The notes under the pieces: model-generated
The model's database searches: none
Told to the model about the DNA's origin: nothing
The model's input: only the letters and a program-made list of their open reading frames with translations
Translations under genes and position numbers: made by a program
Shown: positions 17,188 through 25,480 of the stretch, in pieces
How the letters are laid out: each line of letters opens with the position of its first letter
Numbering within the stretch: the first letter of the stretch is position 1
Sequence record: NZ_CP038019.1
DNA: 39,819 nt
From: a plasmid
Reading direction: 5' to 3' (one strand)

Positions 17188-18261
17188 ATGGGGCTTTCTA
17201 ACGAAGAGCAAATGGAGTTCAACCGGGTTGTTACTAGTAATTTACAAATGGCAGTTGTCGAGTTAAGAGCAACCCAAGATTTTTCTTTCCATGGTTTGAA
17301 GCAACTTCATGATAAAACATTCTTTCCTAGCCCTAGTTTGCCGGAGAGAGTCCGGGTGGAAATGAATAATTTTTATCAAATGCGCCCGGCAAGGGAGGAT
17401 TGGGGTGGGAAGTTGCGCTTTAATATCACTCCGTATCCGTATGAGACGTATTATTCGCCGTTGGAAAAAGCCGATTATCAACAGGTGGAACGGGTCATTG
17501 GGCTGGCGAAATATGCCAATACCAAAGACTTACCATTTGAGGAGAAAGTGCAACGGTTGGCTCAAGTTTATGCCGAGGTCGACTATCTGCATGCCTTTTG
17601 GGATGGCAACAGCCGGGTGAATCGGGCCTTTGTCCAAGAGTTGGCGGCCAGTTCCGGAGTTGAACTCGATTTCAGTAAAGTCAGTGAAAAGGAGATGTAT
17701 ATCGCCCGGGATAAATCTCTGGCCGAACTGAATCTAAGCCGGCGTCCCGAGCAGTTGAAAAACCTGACGCATATGAATCCCAACCCGTACGTTAGCTTGC
17801 AGGGATCGCTGGAGGAGTTGAATCAGTATTACCCCAAGATAGATTTGCCTTCGGTATTTCGGCAGATTGCGGTGGAGCGGGCAATTCGCCAAGAGCTCGA
17901 TTACAGCCAGGTGCGGGCGGTGGTCAATTCATCTGGTGTTGTGCTGCAACAGAAAACCGGCGATGCCTGGCAGGATGTCGAGCGAATACCGGCAGAAGGG
18001 ATGAAGGCCGGTATTTATCCATTGGGCACGGCCAAGTCGGCTATTGCCGGCCAATCCTATGAGGGTGAGGTGGTTTATCGGGACAACGCTTCGATTTTTC
18101 AAAAGACCAAGCAAGGGCTGATTCGGCATCAGAATACCGAGCAGTTGGCCGTCCAGGTAAGGGTAGGGCAGCGCTATAGCATCGGTAAGGGGCAAGCCAA
18201 GGCAGCCAGCCAGACCGTCAGTCGGTCGATGAAACAGACGCATAGTCGTTGGATTCGATAA
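17188..18261 (+). CDS. Fic/Doc-family protein with a variant active-site motif, plus the shared C-terminal domain
   Basis: Motif HAFWDGNSRVNR against canonical HxFx(D/E)GNGRxxR. The C-terminal 233-357 segment is about 80% nucleotide-identical to the zeta C-terminus (GMKAGIYPLGTAK...RSMKQTHSRWIR). Confidence 0.75.
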   Translation: MGLSNEEQMEFNRVVTSNLQMAVVELRATQDFSFHGLKQLHDKTFFPSPSLPERVRVEMNNFYQMRPAREDWGGKLRFNITPYPYETYYSPLEKADYQQVERVIGLAKYANTKDLPFEEKVQRLAQVYAEVDYLHAFWDGNSRVNRAFVQELAASSGVELDFSKVSEKEMYIARDKSLAELNLSRRPEQLKNLTHMNPNPYVSLQGSLEELNQYYPKIDLPSVFRQIAVERAIRQELDYSQVRAVVNSSGVVLQQKTGDAWQDVERIPAEGMKAGIYPLGTAKSAIAGQSYEGEVVYRDNASIFQKTKQGLIRHQNTEQLAVQVRVGQRYSIGKGQAKAASQTVSRSMKQTHSRWIR

Positions 18262-18333
18262 TAGATGTAGTATTGATTGCAACTGCAAAACTTTTGTTTT
18301 ACAATTGCAGCCAATTTAAGAGGATATTTGTAA

Positions 18334-18620
18334 TGCGTAGTGTAAATTTTAACATCCGTATGGATGAAAGCCTCAAGGAGCAGTCATTTCCGATTATTGA
18401 AAGTTATGGCCTGACTCCTGCTCAAGCAGTCAAGCTGTTTTTGCGGCAAATTGCTGATACCCGGACTATTCCGATTTCTTTCAGTCATAAAGCGGGACAT
18501 ATTCCAAATCACTTGACTGAACAAGCGATTAAGGAAGCTCGGCTTGAAGCGGTGAAGGCGAAGCAATATGGTTCGATTGACGAGGTAATTGGCGCAATAC
18601 AAAAAGTTGCAGGGGAATAG
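18334..18620 (+). CDS. dinJ: RelB/DinJ-family antitoxin
   Basis: MRSVNFNIRMDESLKEQ... is a DinJ-type N-terminus. RBS aagagga. The ORF-track start at 18249 is probably too long. Confidence 0.7.
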
Positions 18621-18698
18621 CTTATGGATTAGATATTTAGTAAGCTGATTTTCTTGTAATATTTGTATTGCTTTTTATACCTTCAGTGAAAGGAAAAA

Positions 18699-18989
18699 AT
18701 GAGCAATAACAATAACTGTTATCGAGAAATCAGTATGACTGGTCAATTTAAACGCGATGTGAAGAAGCATTGTTCTGAATTGATTTCAAAAGAAGGAATA
18801 GAGATATTAGGCAAATTAATTAGGGACTTGCCTCTGCCAGAAAAATATTCAGATCATAAATTAAGCCATAATTGGGCAGATTGTCGCGATTGCCACATAA
18901 GACCAGACTTAGTACTGATATATAGAAAAACGAAAGAAAACGTATTACAGCTCATCCGTTTAGGGACTCATTCCGAGTTGTTTAAATAG
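18699..18989 (+). CDS. yafQ: YafQ/RelE-family type II toxin (mRNA interferase)
   Basis: 96 aa. HNWADCRDCHIRPDLVLIYRK...LIRLGTHSELF is the YafQ signature region. It lies downstream of the DinJ-like gene. Confidence 0.7.
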   Translation: MSNNNNCYREISMTGQFKRDVKKHCSELISKEGIEILGKLIRDLPLPEKYSDHKLSHNWADCRDCHIRPDLVLIYRKTKENVLQLIRLGTHSELFK

Positions 18990-19026
18990 TATGAACATAC
19001 CCTACGTAGATAAGTAAGATAGGAAA

Positions 19027-19061
19027 AGACCCAACACTATGTATTGTTGGGTCTTTTTCTT
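19027..19061. terminator. Bidirectional rho-independent terminator between the yafQ-like gene and trbN
   Basis: agacccaaca ctatgtat tgttgggtct then TTTTTCTT, with T-rich flanks on both strands. Confidence 0.6.
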
Positions 19062-19701
19062 ACTTTACTATTGGATTGCTCGATCGCCAAACCACCGAAC
19101 TGGTGGTTCTCGGGTCAGTATAACGGGCAGTGGCAGTTCGCTCCCTGACCACTGTCGCCGGTTGTAGGCTCGGCCGTCTTTCTTGGCGTCTAACCGGTTC
19201 GTGTCGAATCGGCCGGTTGCGTTCGGCCGCGACCGCTTGGGTGGGAACGGTTGAATTGGGTAAGTTGGCCGTTTGGATGCCGTGCGCTTGAAACCAGTTG
19301 CGCCACATCTCGGCATGCCGGATCAATTTTTGCCGGTATCGGCTGTTGAATCGTGGGGTGTAGGAATGGTAATTGGCCACCCGGGTCCATAAGTCCCCCC
19401 GGTCGCGCACGATGTGCCGCTTGATGCGCCAAGCGGCCAAGAAGTAGGAATAGCAGCCCGGCCGAGCCGCATCTTGCGGCGTGATACCGTATTTGGCCAA
19501 TGTGGCCAAATACGCGGTATTCAACTGCATGGCACCGACATCGTGGGTGCCGTTTTTGTTGCGTACCCACTGGCCAGGCCGGCCGTTTTCATTGCTTGCT
19601 ACGGCCAACAGAATCAACGGATCCAGCTGGTATTGGGCGGCGGCCTGCACCGAACAAACCGCCCGTTCCTGCTGTACTGCCGGCGGCAAATCTATTGCCA
19701 T
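19060..19701 (-). CDS. trbN: TrbN-like lytic transglycosylase (VirB1-like)
   Basis: SLT-domain segments AVASNENG...HDVGAMQLN. Last gene of the trb operon. Confidence 0.8.
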   Translation of the reverse strand: MAIDLPPAVQQERAVCSVQAAAQYQLDPLILLAVASNENGRPGQWVRNKNGTHDVGAMQLNTAYLATLAKYGITPQDAARPGCYSYFLAAWRIKRHIVRDRGDLWTRVANYHSYTPRFNSRYRQKLIRHAEMWRNWFQAHGIQTANLPNSTVPTQAVAAERNRPIRHEPVRRQERRPSLQPATVVRERTATARYTDPRTTSSVVWRSSNPIVK

Positions 19702-20387
19702 TACCGATCAACCCAACGGCCGCCGTTGCGCTCATCCCCGACATAATGCACCCGCTCTCCGGTCGTCGTCCATCGGTGCTGATGGTAGGCTTGGCAATAG
19801 CTGGGTTTGGCGTTTCGGATATAAGGCACCTTGACGTCCTGCCAGCCACCATCTCTTTGTGTGCCGACCCAAACGCGTTTGGTGTAGGTGGCACGGTTGA
19901 TCTGGTTCAGGGCAGCCGCATTGCAGCGGCCGGCGCCGTTGGCGATGGCGTCAATCAACTCAGGCATATTGTCCTCGTTACTGGAGGGACACAAGCGCAG
20001 GAAATCTTTCCTGGCGTTCAAGGTTTGGTGCAGCTTGCGGTGTCGGATAGAGAAATAGCGGTTCAGCGATGGGGCGCACTCCGTCGGCCGCTTGCCGGAG
20101 GACAGGCACAAGATCGCTTCACAAGCCAGTTTGGGGTCGCCGGTCAGTACGCTTTCAGCGGACGGCCGGTTGTTTTGCCGACCGTTGCGGTTACCGCCGG
20201 TTTGCCCGGTGTTAGCCGGTGCTGCCGTGCTGTTTTGTTGGTTGCCGTTGTTACGGTTATAACTGCGGCCGTCGGTGGCGGTACGACCGCTGGAAGCCGA
20301 GTTCAGGGCATCATTCAGGTTTTGGCCGAAACTGAGGCCGGTGCAGGCCAAGGCGGCCAGCATGATCGCAAGTTGGCGTGTTTTCAT
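19701..20387 (-). CDS. trbM: TrbM-like periplasmic conjugal transfer protein
   Basis: Signal peptide, an N/Q/G-rich low-complexity stretch and a Cys-rich C-terminal domain. Position is between trbL and trbN. Confidence 0.55.
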   Translation of the reverse strand: MKTRQLAIMLAALACTGLSFGQNLNDALNSASSGRTATDGRSYNRNNGNQQNSTAAPANTGQTGGNRNGRQNNRPSAESVLTGDPKLACEAILCLSSGKRPTECAPSLNRYFSIRHRKLHQTLNARKDFLRLCPSSNEDNMPELIDAIANGAGRCNAAALNQINRATYTKRVWVGTQRDGGWQDVKVPYIRNAKPSYCQAYHQHRWTTTGERVHYVGDERNGGRWVDR

Positions 20388-20402
20388 AGGTTCTCCCTAA
20401 GA

Positions 20403-22016
20403 TTATTGCTGCTGTTGTTGCTGCGCCCGGTTGCGGGCGCTGACTTCTTTTAATGCTTGGCGTACTAAACCGACTCCGCCCAGCAGCATCAGTGCGGCAT
20501 TGAGCATGGAGCCAACCACGCTTTTTGCCGAAAACCCGATGCCTTCATTACCGCTGCCGCCGGCCAGGCTGCCCACCATTGGCGGTACCTTGGTGCATAA
20601 AATCGCCAGCGTCAGGCCGACTAGCAACAATACCGTATAGTGGAATAGCATAAAGCCTTCCGTTTGACTCACCATGCTGGTAATGATGTTTTTACCAATT
20701 GCCATCATCAACATCATGGTCATCAGTTGCAACCCGATATTCAGCAGCTGTCGATAATAAGAGATAGCCATGTCGGAGGTCCAACGTCCGCCGCCGAAGC
20801 CCAGTACGAATAGTCCGGCAGTCATATATATCCAGGCAGCGATATACAAAAGGGCGTAGTTGATTGCAATGAGTACCAAAGCAAAGAAAGTCACCACCAT
20901 CATCAGGATGGCGACAAACAATTCCGGATTGAGCCAAGAGGCTGCATTGGTAATATCTATTAGGTCGGGTATTTTGACTGCTCGGATCGAGTTGGCGGCC
21001 GCAGCACGGTTCCACATATCAAACAATGATTGTACGAAGCCGGCCGTTTTTTGTGTTTCACCGCCGGTACCGGCCTCAACCCCCAGTTGGTTGAACGAAT
21101 TGATGATGGATTCGCTGATGGCAAAACCGTTTTGCAGCAGCCACCAGAAAAAGCCGATGAACAAAATCAGGCGGATGGTTTCGGCGAAGAAGGCGGCAAT
21201 ATCGTCTTTACGGAATACCAGATCAATGCCGGTATAAACCACGCTGATGGCGGCCAGTGACCAAAACAACCAGCTGGCGGCAGTAGTCAGGGCGGTTACC
21301 CATTTGCCGGTGCCATCCCGGAAGGTATCCATTATCTGATCCAATACGCTGGCATCCACTGGGTTGTTGCCGGGGTCAAGTTTTTCCGCATCCGAGGCGC
21401 TTTCCAGATCTCCGTCTTCGATTGGTTGGATAGGTGTGCCACGTCCCTTGGCCATCCTGTCGGCCATATCGCAGATCGAGGTTTTATTGATGTCGCGGAA
21501 ACCGCCGCAACGGCCGGAATTCAGCATTTTTTGACAGTTGCCGACCCCCAGTTGCACACAGGCTAAAACCAGCTCTCCTGTTACCGGTCGGCCGTCAAAG
21601 GTTTTCATTTGCATCAATCGTCGCACCACGGGATTGCGCAACCCGTCCGTAGTCAATTTTGACCAGGCATTAAGCTGGGTTTGCAGACTGGCGAGTTTGT
21701 ATTGCTCCGGCGACATATGGGCATAAGCGCGGATATTGCGGTGGTTCAATTGCAATACACCGAAGCAGCAGGAGCCGTTATAGAGGTGCAGATAGCCGCC
21801 ACTTTCTACATTGATGGCTAGATTGGCCACGGCGTTGGCATTCTGTTTTAACCAAGGGCTGGCATAGGGTGAATTGCGAACAGCATCAACAATTTGTTGA
21901 TGTGTGGCACGTTGCTGGGAAAAGTAGGTTACTTTTCCCATCGCTGTTGTCGTCGACAACAGGAACAACAGGCACAAACCGATCAGTCGACACCAGATTG
22001 CCGTTAGCCGTTGCAT
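20403..22016 (-). CDS. trbL: TrbL/VirB6-family inner-membrane protein with an N-terminal periplasmic domain of about 200 aa and a poly-Q C-terminus
   Basis: Polytopic VirB6-like core FAETIRLILFIGFFWWLLQNGF... The protein ends in ...RAQQQQQQ. Confidence 0.8.
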   Translation of the reverse strand: MQRLTAIWCRLIGLCLLFLLSTTTAMGKVTYFSQQRATHQQIVDAVRNSPYASPWLKQNANAVANLAINVESGGYLHLYNGSCCFGVLQLNHRNIRAYAHMSPEQYKLASLQTQLNAWSKLTTDGLRNPVVRRLMQMKTFDGRPVTGELVLACVQLGVGNCQKMLNSGRCGGFRDINKTSICDMADRMAKGRGTPIQPIEDGDLESASDAEKLDPGNNPVDASVLDQIMDTFRDGTGKWVTALTTAASWLFWSLAAISVVYTGIDLVFRKDDIAAFFAETIRLILFIGFFWWLLQNGFAISESIINSFNQLGVEAGTGGETQKTAGFVQSLFDMWNRAAAANSIRAVKIPDLIDITNAASWLNPELFVAILMMVVTFFALVLIAINYALLYIAAWIYMTAGLFVLGFGGGRWTSDMAISYYRQLLNIGLQLMTMMLMMAIGKNIITSMVSQTEGFMLFHYTVLLLVGLTLAILCTKVPPMVGSLAGGSGNEGIGFSAKSVVGSMLNAALMLLGGVGLVRQALKEVSARNRAQQQQQQ

Positions 22017-22023
22017 GATGGGC

Positions 22024-22584
22024 TTACCTTAGCTGAATAGAGCGGTCGCATTCGCGTGTATGGCGACCATACATGATGGTGCGGAAACGTATGGTTTTGC
22101 TGGCGGCATCGTAGGCGTATTCGGTATGGTGCCGGGCCAGATTACCTGGTTCGTCATCCAGATTCAGGTAGCAGTAATTGGGCAGGTCGCGCACCGTGGT
22201 GCGGCCGCTGGCTTTATGGCGTTGTACCACCCGCATTGTGCAGGTCGAGTAGGTAGGCTGAGCCCTTGTTGTGCCGTCGCCGTTGGGAGGAGCTAGGCAG
22301 GTGCCGCCGGGTATATCGCTATTATCCAGCATGGTGAAAATATAGTGGTTCTCGGTGGTATCGACTTCGGTCAGCAGCGCAAACGCCACATCACGCGGCC
22401 GCAGGCGGTTGCCCCACACTTCGCGCACGGTTTGCGCCTGTTGCGGGGTGCCGGTTTTTCGGTAGAAATTAAAGGTGATTTCCGGCATCTGTTTCCAAGC
22501 AGTCCGTCCCGGGGCATTTTGTGCCGCTGCCGGCAGTGTGCAGACAACCAATCCGGCTGTCAGTAGTAAGGCAAATGATTTCAT
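22024..22584 (-). CDS. Secreted or periplasmic hypothetical protein, 186 aa, between the two trbL paralogues
   Basis: Signal peptide MKSFALLLTAGLVVCTLPAAAQ. Four Cys residues. No recognised family. It contains a DUS-core 10-mer. Confidence 0.4.
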   Translation of the reverse strand: MKSFALLLTAGLVVCTLPAAAQNAPGRTAWKQMPEITFNFYRKTGTPQQAQTVREVWGNRLRPRDVAFALLTEVDTTENHYIFTMLDNSDIPGGTCLAPPNGDGTTRAQPTYSTCTMRVVQRHKASGRTTVRDLPNYCYLNLDDEPGNLARHHTEYAYDAASKTIRFRTIMYGRHTRECDRSIQLR

Positions 22585-22658
22585 CAGCTACTCCTTATCA
22601 GGGTTGGGGTAGCCAAGGAGCCAGGCGGTTACCACCCGTATTCCCCTTGGCGCCAAAT

Positions 22659-24311
22659 CTATGCTTCCGGATCGTGATCCGGATTCCGTTCACGTTGTTG
22701 GCGGCGCTCCCGCTCTTCACGGATTTGGTTGGCCAGCTTCCCGCCGCGGGTTTGATTCATCAGGATCCGGCCGGCGGCGGTACTGATGGCTTGAATGGTA
22801 CTCATGGCAATGGTTTTGCTGGCCCCTTCCGCCGCAGCGGTATCGTTTTGCCCGGCGGCGGCCCGGCCGCCGGCATCGCCGCCTTTTTGCCCGCCACTGT
22901 CGGCTTTGCCGCCGGAGGCTTCCGGCGAACTGATAGTGTTGCCGCCACTGGTGTTGCTGCCGGCAACGTTGGTGGCTTGGGCGGTCGCTGCGGTGTTGCG
23001 GTTGCCTTCTGCGATCAGCGGCTGGCCGTCTTGGCTGGCGCTGTTGTCGGCCGAACCGGAATCACTCAGGGCTTCCATCGCACTGCTCTTGTGGTGGCTG
23101 TCGCCGGTTTCGCTTTGCGTACCGCCGCCTTGGTTTTTACCACCTTGGCTGACACTGTCTTTTTTCAGTTCGCGTACGGCTTTGGCAAAACCGGCCAGTT
23201 CCAAGGCCGCGCCCGTCATGGCTGCCGTGGCCGCCATCACCGCGCCGCCACCGAAGGCACCGACCCCGTTGCTGCCGCTGCCGCCGGCAATCGAGCCGAC
23301 CATTTGCGGGACTTTGTTGGATAAGATGAATAGGGTGATGGCCACCAGCAGCAGCACCACGAATTTGAAGAGTGCCATAGATTGGACGGCCTGACTGGCT
23401 TCTCCCATTACATTTTTAGCAATACCAATCATCAGGATCATGGTCATCAGTTGCAACCCGATATTCAGCAGCTGTTTGAAATAGGCCACCGCCATGTCCG
23501 AAGTCCAGCGCGAACCGCCGAAGCCCAATACGAATATGCCGGCGTACAAATACAGCCAGACCGAGATTTTGAGTAACAGGAAATTGATTGCGATCAGTGC
23601 GATGAATACTGTGGTCAAGACCAGCATAAGGATGCCGGCCAGTAGCTGAGCGCCGCTTAATTGGCTGGTACTTTTGACAGTATCTGCCCACAGTTTAAAG
23701 GCCAGCAACATCACGTCCGAAGGGGTGATGGGGCCGGTTTGCCCGGCCGATTCGCCTAATTGCACAAAAGAGTCGATGATGGCGGTACCGATGTCGATAC
23801 CGTTTTGCAGCAGCCACAGAAAAAAACCGAAAAACAGGATAAAGCGTACCGTTTCAGCAAAGAAATCGGCAATATCGCCCTTGCGGAACACCATCTGGAT
23901 TCCGGTCCAAGTGAGGCTGATGGCGCCCAAGGTAAAAAACAGCCAAGTGGCGCGTTGTACCAAGACATCGCTCCATTTTTGTGCTTTATTCTTGAATTCC
24001 CTTTCAATCATGGAGAATTTTTGGGCATCACTGTCTACCGGCATCGATTCTTCGGCGACAGTGTCATTTTTCGGCGGGTTAATTAGCACCGCTTCCCCGC
24101 CGACGGACACGATTCTGGGCTCGGAGGCAGCCGATGGCTGTTCGACGGTTTGCTGTTTTGGCTCGGATGCCGCTGTCGGTTGGGGGTCCCCCCAAGCGCC
24201 GGCGGCAAACAGCAGCAGTCCCAGCAATAGTAGACAAAATGGCAACCAGCGTTGTATCCGGTGCGTCCAGGTTAGTGATGTCGAGACAGGCAGCGTGGCG
24301 GTAGCCATCAC
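22659..24311 (-). CDS. Second TrbL/VirB6 paralogue with a long Gly/Ser/Ala-rich, charged C-terminal extension
   Basis: FAETVRFILFFGFFLWLLQNGIDIGTAIIDSFVQLG aligns with FAETIRLILFIGFFWWLLQNGFAISESIINSFNQLG of trbL. C-terminus is ...GGSGSNGVGAFGGG...REERERRQQRERNPDHDPEA. Confidence 0.75.
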   Translation of the reverse strand: MMATATLPVSTSLTWTHRIQRWLPFCLLLLGLLLFAAGAWGDPQPTAASEPKQQTVEQPSAASEPRIVSVGGEAVLINPPKNDTVAEESMPVDSDAQKFSMIEREFKNKAQKWSDVLVQRATWLFFTLGAISLTWTGIQMVFRKGDIADFFAETVRFILFFGFFLWLLQNGIDIGTAIIDSFVQLGESAGQTGPITPSDVMLLAFKLWADTVKSTSQLSGAQLLAGILMLVLTTVFIALIAINFLLLKISVWLYLYAGIFVLGFGGSRWTSDMAVAYFKQLLNIGLQLMTMILMIGIAKNVMGEASQAVQSMALFKFVVLLLVAITLFILSNKVPQMVGSIAGGSGSNGVGAFGGGAVMAATAAMTGAALELAGFAKAVRELKKDSVSQGGKNQGGGTQSETGDSHHKSSAMEALSDSGSADNSASQDGQPLIAEGNRNTAATAQATNVAGSNTSGGNTISSPEASGGKADSGGQKGGDAGGRAAAGQNDTAAAEGASKTIAMSTIQAISTAAGRILMNQTRGGKLANQIREERERRQQRERNPDHDPEA

Positions 24312-24342
24312 GAACTCCTTAATTCATGCAACATATTGATGA

Positions 24343-25074
24343 CTAATGGCTCCAGAACAGTTTGGAAGAGGCTGCTTCCCGCGCCTGTTGGTCGATGAGC
24401 GCTTGTCGTGCGACAGCTTGGGCCTGCATATTCATCAACATCACTTGGCGCAGTTGCATGGTCTGATGTATTTGGGCGCTACGGAGTTGGTTGCCGTACT
24501 GGATCGCTTCCATCTGGCCTTTGGCCGATTGCGAAGCGCGTTGCAGCCGTTCCAAGGTCACCAGATCCTGTTGGATCGCGGTCAGTTGCTGGTCGATACC
24601 CAGCAGCAGGCTGTCGTTGGTCATTTTTTGCAGGGTGGAGATTTGGTCGCGGTTACGTTCCAGTTGTGCCCGTTCCGCTGCCGTGCAGCCGCGCAGGCGA
24701 TAACAAGGCGAGCCCTTATAATATTCGGAAGACTGATAGCGGTTCAGTAGCTCGCGGATCTCCCCCAATTGTTGCCGTTTGGCTCGTAACTCCGCCATCG
24801 TTTGATTCAACCCGTCAATGGTTTGGCGGGTGCGGTCCCAAATATAGGCTGCCGGTGCCGCGGTATTGCGCAATTGGTTTTCGTACTGCTTCAGTTGCAG
24901 CCGGTATTGCTCGATCTGTTTTAACAGGGACTGTACGTCTTGCAGGGCAGAGATGGTGCTTTGGGTCACGTTGGCCCCGTCAAAGGTCGGGATGCCGCCG
25001 GCTTGGGCGGGCAGGGCGGATAAGCCCAGTGCGGCGATTGTGATGGCCACAGCAGATAATTTGGAAAGTTTCAT
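24343..25074 (-). CDS. trbJ: TrbJ/VirB5-like protein
   Basis: Signal peptide, then coiled-coil-rich sequence. Position is between trbI and trbL. Confidence 0.7.
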   Translation of the reverse strand: MKLSKLSAVAITIAALGLSALPAQAGGIPTFDGANVTQSTISALQDVQSLLKQIEQYRLQLKQYENQLRNTAAPAAYIWDRTRQTIDGLNQTMAELRAKRQQLGEIRELLNRYQSSEYYKGSPCYRLRGCTAAERAQLERNRDQISTLQKMTNDSLLLGIDQQLTAIQQDLVTLERLQRASQSAKGQMEAIQYGNQLRSAQIHQTMQLRQVMLMNMQAQAVARQALIDQQAREAASSKLFWSH

Positions 25075-25129
25075 GGATTCAACTCCGTTCTAAAGTTGGT
25101 ATTGGGTAAAACGGGACGTTATATTCAGA

Positions 25130-25462
25130 TTATTCTGCTTTTTTATATCTACCCATGTCGGGAGAAACCATTTCACCAGTGGTTGGGTCAATGGTAAATT
25201 GGAAGGTTCCACTGATTATTAGTGTGTCATCCAATAATTTGCCTGCTACTGTTGCTGTGTGTGAAGCAGTATGCGAAGGGTTACTCTCCGTAATTTTAAC
25301 AATAAAGGCATCTTGGGAATTTTCATTCCGTTTAATTTCATATTGAAAGCGGTTGTCTGAACTTTGCCATTTCCCTACAAATTGTTCTCCCGGCTTGTCG
25401 CCGCAACCGGTCAGCAGCAGGGTCAGACCCAATAACAGTATGGATAACAGTTTTCTCATCAT
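25130..25462 (-). CDS. Small lipoprotein, 110 aa; candidate entry-exclusion or accessory lipoprotein
   Basis: Lipobox LLLTGCGDK. Lies between trbI and trbJ. Confidence 0.45.
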   Translation of the reverse strand: MMRKLLSILLLGLTLLLTGCGDKPGEQFVGKWQSSDNRFQYEIKRNENSQDAFIVKITESNPSHTASHTATVAGKLLDDTLIISGTFQFTIDPTTGEMVSPDMGRYKKAE

Positions 25463-25480
25463 AAGCTCCTTATTACTTGG

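Noticed and set aside
20406-20425. CAG/CAA repeat encoding the poly-Q tail of TrbL, and the A8 tract in traI at 3090-3097 as possible phase-variation sites
   Set aside because: The repeats are short (6 codons, 8 nt) and below lengths usually linked to slipped-strand switching. There is no evidence of frameshifted reading frames around them.
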